A stretch of 64,000 nucleotides of DNA from Octopus sinensis. Its lineage: Eukaryota. Positions within the stretch are counted from its first letter, which is position 1. The number at the start of each line of letters is the position of its first letter. A model generated the notes under the pieces. The model was not told where the DNA came from and did not search any database. It saw only the letters and a list, made by a program, of their open reading frames with translations. The stretch lies in the NCBI RefSeq assembly GCF_006345805.1, contig NC_042998.1, positions 170,934,001-170,998,000 on the forward strand, read 5' to 3'. This document shows, piece after piece, positions 23,860-37,100 of this stretch. A program made the position numbers and the translations under genes.

Positions 23860-24215
23860 GTGACCCTGAGAGTTATGGCAGCGGAACGATGCTCTTGGTA
23901 GGGCCTCCCATATTGAACAAGTCAAATGATAGAGGCCAAAATAATACAGATCACCTCTTATTAAAGGTAAACTATGTGTTTGTGTAGGGCCAACACTCCT
24001 ACATAGAAAAAAAAGACAGATACAGAAGCATCGATGACAGTTCAAAACCAATAAGACCTGGAAGAGGAAAGCCTTCCCTCAAGAAACATAAGGTGGGATG
24101 CCGAGGCAGAGCCAAAAGAAGCAGGGATCCAAGTGGAAAGAAGGAAAAGCTTAGAGTCGAGAACAGAAGAAAATCATCGATGGCCTGTGCTCCATGGGGA
24201 GCAATGGGTTTAAGT
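23860..24215 (+). mobile_element. Degenerate RTE-derived element with LINE C-terminal/3' end
   Basis: 24060-24215 resembles the RTE C-terminus (..EAGIQ..IIDGLCSMGSNGFK), with frameshifts. Confidence 0.5.
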
Positions 24216-24685
24216 TGTACGGGAGCACTGAGCTATAAAAGGTTGCGAACCAGTCATCTGGATGATAGTTAAAGCTAAGAACATTATTATTTGAAATAAA
24301 GAACGGTGATACCCCAGCATGACCGCAGCTTTAAAACTGAAACTCTTTAAAGAATATTCACATGAGATAAAAACAAAACTGAATATAATGATATAGGTGT
24401 TTCATTTTCGTCAAGTATATATCGTTCAAATGGATGTTCAGAAACCGCCGTAAAGAAGTGATCGAATATAACAAAAAAGTGGACGTGACAGCGGTAATGA
24501 AAAAAGAAAGAAAAAAAAAATGAAGAAGCAATTATAGATAAGAAACAGGAGACAAGTACCCAGAACTGACTTAGGCAAACATGTCAGGAGTAACGGACAA
24601 GCTTGTCGTACATATATTTGATGGAAAAGATAAGGTGATGAAGAAGTGTATGGTCATTTTGTGTGAAGATAGACAACATAAAATA

Positions 24686-25527
24686 TTAGGTTGTCCGGAA
24701 AGTTGTGAGCGTTTTAAAGCTAAATCTTTTAATGTTTCATTGAACACACCTGAAACGCATCACAGTTAAAACTTTGGCGTTGCTTGAAGAGGTAGTGCAT
24801 ATCTTCTTTGTTCTTGACTAAAAAGAGATATATCTTTCATTTCAGATATATCTTTCATTTGAAATGGATGACCAAAAATTTCATATTCACGTTGTAATGC
24901 TTTTCGTTTTTTTAAAAAAGAGAAAATACTGTAAAAACTTGCAAAAACGTTTGTGAAGTTTATGGTGATGATGCTGCAGGTGAATCAACTTTTCGAAGGT
25001 GGTTTGCAAAATTTAAAGTTGAAGAGTTTAGCTTGGAAGATGATAGTCGCAGTAGAAGATCTTCAAATTGGATTATGTTTTGAAGGCAAAAATCGAAGAG
25101 AACTCAAATATCACGACTAGAGAAATTGCAGAGGAGTTGGAAGTTTCTAAAAGTATGGCTTATGAACACCTAGTGAAGCTAGGATACATTTCTCCCTATA
25201 ATGTATGGGTCCCTCACAAACTTTCAGAAAATAATTGCTTGGACCGGTATTCCGTTTGTGATATACTTTTGAAACGAAGTGAAAGCGTGTCTTTCTTGAA
25301 GCAATTTGTGACTGGAGATGAAAAATGGACTGTGTACAAAAACGTAGTGCGAAAAAGATCCTGGAGTTTGCGTAAGGATCCCCTAACACAGCAACCAAAG
25401 GCGAATATTAATGCCAAAAAAAGCTATGCTTTGTCTTTGGTGGGATCATAAAGGCATTATTTAGGTGAATGATTTATATCTCTTTTTGCATATTAAAAAA
25501 AGGCTCAGAACTTTCCGGACAACCTAA
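24686..25527 (+). mobile_element. Internally deleted mariner element
   Basis: TA-flanked TIRs TTAGGTTGTCCGGAAAG / CTTTCCGGACAACCTAA. Transposase remnant with HTH, WVPHKL and TGDEKW motifs; catalytic C-terminus missing. Confidence 0.92.
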
Positions 25528-25851
25528 TATGATTATTTCAGATAACCTTTCAAGGTTATGTAGCAAGCTCATTTCCGTTGGGGTCACTAGGTGTAATATA
25601 TTAATGTAAAGTTTTGGAGAAAATAATATATTTTCTGGCGGGTATTAATAGATAAAAGAACTAGTATCGGCTTAAGTTTTTATAAAGTATGAAAACATTC
25701 GTTACACATCAAATACTTTCATCAAAGTGACTTTGGGAGAAATACAATTTGTCTTTTTCTCTTTTCCTTTCTTATTAGTTATAGATCAGAGTTAATTTAT
25801 GTAGACATATACATACAAATAAAGATTATATACTTGTGTTTGTGAATGCCG

Positions 25852-25893
<42 letters not shown>

Positions 25894-25929
25894 TGCGTGC
25901 GTGCGTGCGTGCACGTATGTGTGTATATG

Positions 25930-26070
25930 GATGTTGGATTAGAAGTTTGCTATGCAACGATGATTTAGGTTTCACTCCCACTACGCGGAACCATGGGCAA
26001 ATATTTTCTATCATAACCCCAGGTCGACCAATGCTCTGTGAATTAGTTTGTTGGACGGAAACTGTGCGCG
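25930..26070 (+). mobile_element. Diverged family A SINE
   Basis: CCCACTACGCGGAACCATGGGCAAATATTTTCTATCATAACCCCAGGTCGACCAATGCTCTGTGA..GACGGAAACTG. Confidence 0.6.
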
Positions 26071-26899
26071 AGTCTATCATCTGTCTGTCTGTCTGTCTGT
26101 CCGCACGCCCGGGTGTGTTAGTTTGATGCTCGGGAAGAATGGAAAAGGGCGTTCGGGCTAAATTTGACGATATTTTAAGACTTCTTCAGGAACAGCTTGA
26201 TGCATTGGTGAACAGTCAAAGGCGTTGGGAAGCATAAAGAGTAAACTCGTAGTTGCGAAAGTGTTAGCTGGCATAGAGGACTGGAAGCCATCTTGATTTT
26301 GATAATTCGCACCAGGTATCAAAATGCCGACAGCATAACTGCTGTTCAATGCTCTGTGAACACAGTAAAGGCTGAATTTTTAGTATATTATCGTGACAAA
26401 TGGCGGAGCCGCAAGCCCTCAACGCCTTTTGACTAGAACTGGTGTACTACACGAAGCATAAAATATCAATCTTCGACTTTTGTATAGTAAAGGGTCCGAC
26501 TGACAATTCTCTAATCGGACCCCGCACTCCCCAACGCCAGCCTTATTCTCATGCAGCATCGCAGTTCATATTCAAATAGCATAGAATTTGCTTTTTACTC
26601 TGAAAATGACATCCTTTATTAGCAACAGTTTCCCTGAACTTTCACCCATGCAGTTACAGCGATACATGGAGGTAGTGGTGGAGACTGGGATAACACACAT
26701 CTCCATTCAGACCAGTACCGTCTTACAACATGACTACACTGGGTAGTTGCCGGGGTCCTCATGGGTCTAGTAGCCTAATTCTGATCTATGTATGATGTGA
26801 CTTGCTGTCAATAAACACGATGCTTCAGAATATTCTGGGTAGGCACTAACTTGTAATTAATGCTAAAGTGGAGCTTCGAATTAAGTGTATCATTGTAAA

Positions 26900-27485
26900 C
26901 CTGAGGGTGCACCATTGAATAATGAGGGGGCAGTGCTGTCCGCGAAATTTTTTCCCACGAGAGTTCCGGATCCCAGTAATGAACTCATTTGCATACAGCC
27001 AATCAGAGCTCACCTTGACCATGTCAAGTTAACAAACACCCCCTATCAAATAAACTCAAGACGATGAACGGTGTTGTAAGTCGACCGATCGCCAAGTTAT
27101 GCCTGATTTTAGGAGACAAATAATTAAATTTGCATCCCTATCTATTATCGGATTTTGTTAGGGCACCATATGGTAAAGGTGTGGATAGGAAAAATGTGGG
27201 TAGAGGGTAATGTGCTAGTAACCCTGTCCCTTTACTTTACAAAGTAAACAACAACACAAATTAACTACGCAGAGGCAGCCATGGTTGAAACAAGAACAAA
27301 AAGCATTATTAAAAGAGAAAAGAAGCATGGTCATCCTTATCTTATCGCCCATCACTTGTTATGTACTCGTAAATTAGTTCGATAGTTGAGCTCTGATTGG
27401 TAGTATGCAAATGAATTCATAACTGGGGTCCGGAATTCTCGTGGGAAAAAAAATTTTCCGCGTGCCGTCCGGTGCATCCCTTTAG
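26900..27485. mobile_element. MITE-like inverted-repeat element carrying octamer and CCAAT motifs
   Basis: 26940-27011 is inverted at about 27388-27462; outer GGGTGCACC / GGTGCATCCC. Confidence 0.6.
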
Positions 27486-27889
27486 CGACGGGCATGACTA
27501 CAGAAACCAGTGCATTCATTTGTCCACGGACCTATGGCAGTGATCTAGGCCTCTTAGGTACTCATCTTGCATAACCGACATGAATGCTTTCGAAAATGTA
27601 TCAGTTTTCTCTCCATTCGACGAGTACTTTTATGTATATGTGTGTGCGTATACGCATACATACAAATATATACATCGCATATGTATCTACAAAATGAAAC
27701 TTGAAATTTCGAATACTAATATAATCGGAATCTACACCATCTGAAGTGTATTTATAGATTTCATTAAAAAATATCCATTTTTCTGAAAGTTATGACAAAA
27801 CGACGTGTGAAGGGAACACACTTATGTAGGTATAACGCGCGCGCGCACACACACATACGTGTGTGTGCATAATAATCCTTTTTGTTATA

Positions 27890-28040
27890 GGCATAAGGCC
27901 TGAAATTTGGTGAGAGAAGACAGTGCTTCCCTGGTACTTAATTTATCGACCCCAAAAGGATGAGAGGCAAAACACCCTCTACCAAGGATGAAAGACAAAA
28001 TCGACTTCGACGAAATTCGAACACAGAACGTAGCGGCCAG
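27890..28040 (+). mobile_element. Family C repeat (TTTATCGACCCC.AAAGGATGA.AGGCAAA); other copies near 10480-10560 (-), 39040-39095, 44520-44700, 60640-60740, 62420-62530
   Basis: Recurrent motif GGTACTT.ATTTATCGACCCC..GGATGA..GGCAAA..GAACTCAGAAC. Confidence 0.65.
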
Positions 28041-28647
28041 CTCGCTCGCCTTATATGTATTCATAATAATAACTCTGTTATTTGTGAATGCCGAGGTTTA
28101 TATGCTTACTTTCGTAAACGTACGTATTATTTGGGTATAAATTTGTAGTTGTAATGAAGTGCTGCCTTACGATAAAAAGAATTTATAATAGCGCCACCGG
28201 TACATTTATAACATATTTTTAACTCCCGAATGTTAAATGAACAAATTCTGGTTAATTTATATACTGAATAAATCGGATGCAAAGGTAGTCTTCTAAAAAA
28301 AGTGAAGGAAAAAGATATAAACCATCATTTTTTTATACTCTGCGATTTATTTTCTACTACTGGTTATTAAAGATTTGCGTTTATTTTCCTTCCAATAAAG
28401 AGTGAATCAATTTATAAACATTTCATATAAAGACATATTTTAAAAATTATATTTTTAAAAACTAAGAAAGCGATTTTTGTTCCAAAAATAGATTTTTTTT
28501 ACGTCCACATCTGTTAAATCTGATATTTTTATAGACTAAATTATCAGTTACATCGTGCTATTTAGAATAATGAATTGAACTTCGGAATAATATATTATAC
28601 TGAGGGAAAATATGAAAGGTAATGTAAAAGGAAACCACACGTGCATA

Positions 28648-28777
<130 letters not shown>

Positions 28778-29122
28778 TGAATGTATGTACAAAAATAAAA
28801 GAATGTTAGATTCATAACCGACTTTAATTAAACATTTGGTTGAGGAAATTTCAGAACAACAGAAATGCTTAAGTATGTTTAACGGATATTCAAGGATAAG
28901 TCTGAAGGTAACGTTACAGTTAACAGGTAAAATGGTGCTGTTCTTAAAATGTATATGTAGCATTTGTGTAACGTACACTTGCAAATATAATTAGAAAGTA
29001 ATCTATCGTAGCAAGATATAATCTTGTTAAAAGAAAAACAATGAGAAACATTATCACTAATATAAATAAGCTAACTTAGCAGTATTACTATTTAAAGTAA
29101 TTTTGTGCCGTTCTATCCCACG

Positions 29123-29216
29123 GCCTCGGTAGCGCAGTAGGCAGCGCGTCAGTCTCATAATCGTGTAACATATAAGAGGAATCTGAAGGTCGTGAGTTCG
29201 ATCCTCACCCGGGGCA
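29123..29216 (+). tRNA. tRNA-Met-CAT: tRNA-Met(CAT), elongator type, with a 21-nt intron at 29160-29180
   Basis: Acceptor stem GCCTCGG/CCGGGGC, D stem GCGC/GCGC, anticodon CAT at 29156-29158, T arm GTGAG-TTCGATC-CTCAC, discriminator A. Exons 37+36 = 73 nt; T-run terminator immediately downstream. Confidence 0.95.
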
Positions 29217-29589
29217 GATTTTTTAAAGTCATTGTCTGGATCCCAAATCTATTAGTTTTTTAAAATGTATTTGTACTAATTTGCTATAGCATTCTGATTA
29301 TAACGTCTGATGTTCTCCCCAATCATTTTCTGCCTGCCGTGTGTATGTATGTATGTCAACGGTTAAAAGTCGTAGATGTGATTACTTGAATCCAGGTAAA
29401 AGAGTCAGTCACAGGGGTTTTGTCCGGATCCCATAAATTAATTGTGACTTTATTTACCTGTACCATAATTAAATGTGACTTTTTCCTGTGACGTTTTTTC
29501 CTAGCCAAAATTGTGACTTTATTATCGGTCACCGTTTGTTTAACGCACTTGACAAGAAGGTCAGTTGTAGACTTTATAAGGCCGGGGAT

Positions 29590-29952
29590 ACGTTTGGAAA
29601 GCTTGAATCGAAGCTCGTATACTGATAGAATGTGTTTATAAAAAATCTTTTTCTCTTGGCTTTATTGAGAAAATTCTATAGTTTGTAAGATATTTGTTGT
29701 TTTTAACTTCAATTTCTGCAATTTCAACCAATCAATGACCTCTATTGAGGTGAAAACATTCTGTGCCGTATGAATATGTCCCTCGTTTAAGAAACAGATT
29801 GAGTTTATTTACATTTCTGAAGGAAAAAAGATACCCTTCCCCTCACCCCTAACCCTAACTCTAAAACAGATTGAAATGCAATAGATCGATACTAGGGTCA
29901 TAATTATGGTTGACAATTTCATATGACACCGCTAGAAAAAACTGCCGTTCAA
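29590..29952. mobile_element. Relative of the 14158-14990 fold-back family
   Basis: Shares CTGATAGAATGTG, AATTTCAACCAATCAATGA, CCCTAACCCTAACTCTAAAAC and terminal CTGCCGTTCAAA. Confidence 0.65.
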
Positions 29953-29964
29953 ACCAAAAAGATC

Positions 29965-30283
29965 CCATGACTTGTTCCACAGGCTCCCTACTCTCCTGAC
30001 TTGGCACCATTTGACTTCTAGTTCTTCCCCAAACTGAAAACAACGATGAAAGGGGAGCGATTTAAGTTGTGAGAGGGAACAATGAGAAAAGTGATGGCAG
30101 AGCTTCATAGCATTTCTGGGAAGGTGTTCCAGAGGTATTACCAGTAATGGCAGAACTGGTGGAAGAAGTGTGTGAACTCTCAAGGGGGAGTATTTTGAAG
30201 GTGATTGAATAAAATTTGTGAAATGTACAACATTGTATTTTTTTTATGCCCAAAGGTTGGATACTTTTTGAATGCACCTCATA
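29965..30283 (+). mobile_element. Mariner 3' fragment
   Basis: PYSPDLAPFDF*FFPKLK..WQNWWKKCVNSQGEYFEGD* followed by TIR-like GGATACTTTTTGAATGCACCTCATA. Confidence 0.8.
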
Positions 30284-30949
30284 TGTACGTAAAAACAAAC
30301 GAGAAAAATTACTTGGATACTGTGGAAGAGTACAATAATTTATTTCAGCTGGCTCAGCTTACAGTTACTCTTGAGTTTTTCCTATGATCAGTCAGTTAGT
30401 TGGTAGAATAAAATGGATGGAAAAGAATAGAAAATTTGCTATGATAGTAGACAGATCTGACCATACTGTTAGTTGTGTATGACGAATGGCTAGTGGAAGG
30501 AAGTAAGTGATTGGCTGGCCATCTGTTGGTATTTCAATGAAATACATACAAGCCTTTAATCATGACCCTAAAGGTTTCTGTGAATTGCATACGTCCAAAG
30601 AAAAGACAAAACAAAACTGGGAACATGGAAGGTGTGAAAGAGGTTGAAAGGGATGCTAGATGGGTGGCAGTTGTGAGGTGGCAATGTAATTTTTTCTTTC
30701 AGTGATTAAGAATTACTACTGTTAATTAGCATTGTAGTACATAAAACAAAAGTAGTGAATTGTGGAAGGTCTGTTTGTCTGATGAGACAGTGGAACACTT
30801 CTGAGCAATGCAAATTTTGGTGTTGACTATTCAGTTCAGTGCACCTTGGTGCTCTGTCCAAAACTGCAAACTTAGAAAGTGCTTTTCAGTTATAAAACAT
30901 ATTCTTTTATATAGTGCATTGAATCATCGAGAAATAATTATCTTCATAG

Positions 30950-31070
30950 GTGCAGGTATGACTGTGTGGTTAAGAAGTTTTCTTCCCAATGAAATAGTCT
31001 TGGGTTCAATCCCACTCTGTGGCACTTGGACAAGTGTCTTCTACTATAGCCTTGAGCTGACCAAAGAAAA
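30950..31070 (+). mobile_element. Family A SINE head
   Basis: GCAGGTATGACTGTGTGGTTAAG..GGGTTCAATCCCACTCTGTGGCACTTGGACAAG. Confidence 0.75.
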
Positions 31071-31083
31071 TATCTAATTAAAT

Positions 31084-31101
31084 TCATAAAGCTGCTGTTT
31101 T
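31084..31101 (-). CDS. GRID2IP: Formin probable terminal exon (KTAAL*)
   Basis: Strong acceptor TTGTTTCTTTGTGCCAG about 100 nt after the 31202 donor; phase 0. Alternative terminal exons exist further down. Confidence 0.5.
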   Translation of the reverse strand, partial: KTAAL

Positions 31102-34100
31102 CTGGCACAAAGAAACAAGTATTAACCAGAAAAAGAAAGTCATTGTAGCTGTTTAGGATTTTTGATAATACTGATACTTAGTAAAAATCTAACAGTTCTT
31201 ACCTCATACTTGTTTAAGAATTCTGCAAATATCCCAAATATTTGGTCTGTTGTTATGTTTCCCACATCATTCTCACCAAAAAATTCTAAAGTAGTATGAA
31301 ATTCTTTGACAGCTTCTTCTAAATCCTCGAATAAATCCTCCAAAGTTGAATTGGATTTGGAGAGAAATATCTTTGAATGTTAAAGAATTTAACAACTGCA
31401 TTATAAAATTTATCAAGTGATGGATGGAACAGATATAGACAAGTTCTCTTTCCCTATTCCTTCAGCCTTCACACTTTCAAGAACTAATTAGGATACCATA
31501 CTACATAGCTTGTATAAAAGATTGTATAAAAAATTGGGTTTGATTATGTCCAACATTTTCCAGTATCATAAAATAAATACTGTAGCATTAACTGCAGTGA
31601 TCAGGAAAATTTTTAGGGGTTTGCTAACATAATTCTTGTTGAAAATAGAAAATGAGCAAGCCTATCTTTCTATTACTTACATATGTGGTCAGCACCTCTT
31701 TAAAATTAAGCTGCATTTGACAGAGTTTACTATGTCTCATAACAGATTGTAGTTCAGTACTCATATCATCATCATCATCGTTTAATGTCTGCTTTCCATG
31801 CTAGTATGGGTTGGACGATCTTGACTGAGGGCTAGCGAACCAGATGGCTGCACCAGGCTCCAATCTTGATTTGGCAAAGTTTCTACAGCTGGATGCCCTT
31901 CCTAACACCAACCACTCCGAGAGTGTAGTGGGTGCTTTTTACGTGCCACCAGCACGGGGGCCAGTCCGGCAGTACTGGCAACGACCTCGCTTGAATCCTT
32001 TTACACATGCCACCAGCACAGGTGCCAGTAAGGTGACGTTGGTAACGATCACGCTTGAATGGTGTCCTTTTATGTGCCACTGGCATGGAAGCCAGTCGGC
32101 TGCTGTGGCAACGCTCACGCTCGGATGGTGCTCTTGGCACCCTACTAGCACAGGCACAAGTGGCAGTAAGGTGACGCTGGTAACGATCACGCTCGAATGG
32201 TGTCCTTTAATTTCCACTGGCACGGAAGCCGGTTAGCCGCTCTGTCAATGATCACGCTCGTATGGTGCTCTTTGCACCCTGCTAGCACGGATGTCAGTCA
32301 TTGAATTATGCCTGCTTCAGCTGAACTAAGTGCTGTAACTTAACAACAACAACAACAATGACAGGAAATATAACTATGTATTTACATGATCTATAATTGT
32401 TTAATGTCCAGAATTGTTGATAGCAAAATGTAATAGCTATTTAACATAAATGTAGTTTTTAGCTTCCAGGAGTTGATGGCTTTAAAACTGTAGCTGCTAG
32501 CCACTCTAGTTAGTATCTAAGACATATAGTAACTTTTCTAAATGTAAATCCTTATGCCCATGAGCTATCCTTTCCAAGATGAAGCTGAATTTGTTACTAA
32601 TAATAGACTTTCCCTGGAAAACTTGTTAAAGGGAATTGAGTAGACATAAATTTTACAAAAGAGGAATTCAGTTGATCCATTTTTTCTGCCCACATTTCAT
32701 AGGAAGATTATAGGGGTAGAGTCCCCAGGCACTTTCTCCATAGGGTCCTATCAGAAGCAACCATTATTACACCTTCCAACTGGTTTCCCAAGCACAACCA
32801 ACTGAGATTATGAATACTAGTCAGCTATCTTGTTCTTGGTCTAACTCTAGGTTTCCTGCTGATTTGCAAAGAAATAAAAAATAAAATTTAAGGTGTTCTG
32901 GACTTATATTAGGTATTTTAGAATTGATTACGTTAGGCATTGTAGAATGTATTATGCCATTTTCCTTGTTATCATTGCTCTTTTGCATTTATTTTTCATG
33001 CCAACATGGGTTAAATAGATTTTTACCACTCCTCTTGATGGGTCAGATAACTACATATTGTTTGAAAGTTTCATTTTAGTTGGTTTCTATGACTGGATAC
33101 CTTTCCTAACATCAACAACTTTACAGAGTGCATATTTATAATGTATCAGTAATTTGGATAAAATCTTTTAAAAAAATGTTTTATTTATTAGTGGCTGTAA
33201 ATCACTGAGGTGCAACCAAAGACACTGTCACTATTTTCATGCAGTATATGCAGTCCAAGTTATCAAAGTCATCTCTAAGCAATGCAGATGAAATGATTTG
33301 AACTTAGTGTTGTTTGTTAACAGAATATTTGATAATTATACAATACTTTTCTCTCTTTCATCAGTGCACTACACCTACCTATCAAACTATGACTGACAAT
33401 GGGTATAGTTCAATATCAGTGAACTACTGGTTCTTTGGCTATTAGCCTAACATGTTTTGGACACACCTGTGACTTTTAGTATTATAAGGATCAAACATTC
33501 ATTACAAAATGAAATTTATGCTTAAATCTAGAAATTAATTCTTAGTCTTAAGCGATGTATCAAAACTCAATAAATAATTGGGAGATTATCTAAAAAATTC
33601 CAACAGTTATTTCTTATGAATCAAAAGGATACATTCATAATATCTTGAATTGGGTCTTTTGAATCATTTTGTTCAATATTTTTCATGAGTTCTGTTGTTT
33701 TCTGCAGTAAAGAAGAAAAAGAAAAAAACCTTTAAGTTTTGTAGAACAAAAAAGAATGACTACAATAATACAATAATGCTTTTTGGTAGTAAGAAACTCT
33801 AGGGAAAGCTGAACAGCAGAGACGGTTTTCAAAGAAGAAACACTCACCCCCCAACTCTGCAAGTGTTTCACTTCTTAATTCCTTATACTCTATGGGGGCC
33901 AAACTGCATCCAGGTCATGACTCCAGGATACTCCCATCTGCTACTACATTCTGTGCTACTGTCTGCATTGCAACCCTTCTAGATGGTTAAAGTGTTCCAG
34001 ACCCCATACAATTCATTACAGCATATCAGAGTGTATAGTATATTAAACAAAAATGAACTAAGATAAATAACTCAGAGTGGCCAGTGGCATATCTTTGAAC

Positions 34101-37100
34101 AGTCTAAATGAATACAAGTATACCAAATACCATACAACATACATTCTTGATTTACTAAAATTATCTCCACTTCTGGAGGATGTATCATAATTACCAAATG
34201 GCAATGAAAACCAGCTCCTTTCGAGAAAGGGAGATAATTTCAAGGCTCACAAATTCTTCAAAGTTGATATGTCATCAAAAAAGAAGTACAGGCTTATTGT
34301 CTGCAGAAAGGAGGATTGTTGTGGGCAGATGTTTCTAACCCAATAGCTGCCATCAGCATGACAATTGTCTGACCTTATCTCCAATTACCAAGTGGCAACA
34401 TGTTATAAAAGAATTAATACAGAGTTAATACAATGATATTATTATTCAATTTCATTTACTAAATAAATGGATCTATATGTAAATTACCTGCCAAGAAGTT
34501 TGTATTTCCTTCAATTCACTGAAAATATCAGCATTGGATACTGTAATAGAAAAATATAATAATTATAGTACTATTTGGTTGTTTTTGCAGAATGGACATA
34601 ATAGCAGAAAAAATATAGAAGGGTAGTCACCCGTCCATCTCAGCAAAAAAAAGTTCCTATCACACTTACCTCTATAACTCACTCAGGTGCTATAATTGAT
34701 ACCATTTATCTCCCTACACTTCACTGTCCCTTATCACCTCCTCTCTTTTTTAGTTCACTCCTATTTCTTTCACGTTCCCCAAACTGATATTCAGCATTGA
34801 CCATACTTCCATTCATTGGGTGCCCTATTCGCTGTGTCCACCCCAATTCCCATCATTAATTATCTGTTACTTTCCTTTTACACTCTGACTAACTTACCTA
34901 TCCATCCACTCTTTCTATTCCTCTAACCTTATTTACTCTCTTATATTTACCTTGTACCTCGAGGGCATATCTTCACCATCTCTGTCTGTCTCTCTCTCCT
35001 CCCCCCTCACCTACCTACTCTCTCTTCCCCTTCTTTCCCTCCCCTCTTCCATTCTCCTTCTCCTTCTCCCCACCCATCTTTACCCTCTCTCTGTCCGATG
35101 GGAGAAGCCATATGTCTCCCCTTCAGCATGATACTTATTCCTGTTCCTCTATTAAACTTCTACTGATTTCAATACTGCACGTCACTCAATTGAAGTGTCT
35201 TGTCTTGTGAGGAGTTACTTGTGCTAGTGCCAGGGATAAAAGGCACCTAATACACTCTGTAAAGTGGTTGACATTAGGAAGGGCTTCCAGCTTTAGAAAC
35301 CATGCCAAATCAGACATTAGACCTTGATGCAGTCTTCTGACCTGTCAGTTCCTGCTGAACCATTCAACATATGCCAGCATGGGAAACAGACATTAAACAA
35401 TAATGATGACGATGATGATAATGAGGGACACTATGATGTATCATATAACAGACTGGACACTATAATGCTGTACATAGCAGAGCTACTCTGTAATAGAGTA
35501 ATATACTGGAAACGACACTATAATGTAATATATAGGAAGCTGGACAATATAAAGTGGTTTAGAGCAACAGTGTAATATTGTGGAGTGGACAGTGTAATGT
35601 AGAATAGTAGAGTGGACAGTGTGATCTTGTATATTAGAAATATGTTTGAGTGAATACTATTGCAGAATAGTGGACACTATGATATAATCGGAATATCCAT
35701 ATTTTTCTAAATTTTCAATTGACCATGTTGACAGATTATTTATATTTGTACTATTTTTATGGAATGTGCTACATCTGATAGGATGGCACTTGTTTAATAA
35801 AATATTACACCTGCCTGATGGAATGTGCCACCTAACTGATGGAATATATCACTCTGAGTGTGCCACTTTTATGCTAGAGTCTTCTGCCTTAACTTTGATG
35901 ATGTATTCCACTTTTGTGATGGTAAAAATACACATCAATCAGGGCATACTGGCTTCATTCCTTGTGAGATTACACATGTCCTCAGCAGTCACGGCCCATG
36001 TTTCACTGCCATGTAGCATGGCTGTTTGTACACGTGCGTCATACAGTCTACCTTTTACTCTGAGTGAGAGGCCCTTTGTCACCAGCAGAAGTAAGAGCTC
36101 TCTGAACTTTGCCCAGGCTATTCTTATTCTAGCATGGCTATCATTCAAAAAATATGATAATCTGTGATGAATATTATTTATAGGAAATCCTGTATCTTAC
36201 CTTACTTTAAAGGTTAATGTAAACAAAATTATATACTCACTACATGAAATTAAGTTACAAGGAACTCAATAGTTAGAGTGGAAAACTACCAGCTTCAGGA
36301 AGTTGTCCTTATATCTCAGAAATTCATTTGTCCTGTATACCAAGTAAGTACCATGGTTAAATCTTACCCATTGATTCAAGCATTTCACTAGCTTATAGAA
36401 AACTGGGTTTCTCAAAATAAACAGTACTCTCCCTTGGGATACTAATGAAAAGTCTTATATCATCAGTTGTAGTAGGAATGATTAGATGCGTCTTTTAATT
36501 GCCCTAATTTTCAAAAATATTTTCAGTTTTATTCTCTTTGAATCGTCATGTAAAATGGACAGTCAAAATGTTTTGACATTCCATATTGTATTGATGGAAT
36601 AACTTGAGTGCATGAGTTGACCTTTTAAATGTAACCAACCTGTTGGTAGCAATTTTTGGGGTATATTTAACTTTTTTGCATTGCAGCAAAGGGATTTTGA
36701 AAGGCTGTTAGTAAAAGAAAAGGGAATAAAAGTTTAAAATGTTTGAGAAGCACTGATATAGAGTGATGAATCATGAATTTGGATGAAAAACATTCACATT
36801 CAGTGCCATCTGATGTTTCTTACCATTTGCACATTCTACTACTGCTAATAGTTCAGAACGTAAGTCACTATTTGGAAATTTCTTGTTAATGGCATCTGTT
36901 AAAGAATGTAGAAGTGATGTCTTATTTTCTATATCTTTTGTATCATCAATCTACAAAGAAATAAATGATAATGGTAAATGCAAAAATAGTTTGTTGAGTG
37001 TAAAATAAGATAATTAATTATGAAATGTTAATTTAATATAAAAAGCTGTGTTTAGAATACTGTTGTTCTTGCTTAGCCCTAGGTTAGCAATCAGTGGTAT

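Noticed and set aside
26491-26523. GGGTCCGA..TCGGACCC hairpin as a terminator or Helitron end
   Set aside because: Eukaryotic context, no U-tract and no CTRR terminus nearby.
30340-30381. Alternative formin terminal exon EKLKSNCKLSQLK*
   Set aside because: Possible, but the 31084-31101 exon has a stronger, closer acceptor; needs RNA data.
35425-35690. Spaced repeats resembling a CRISPR array
   Set aside because: Units are degenerate with irregular, related spacers; intronic animal DNA with no cas genes.
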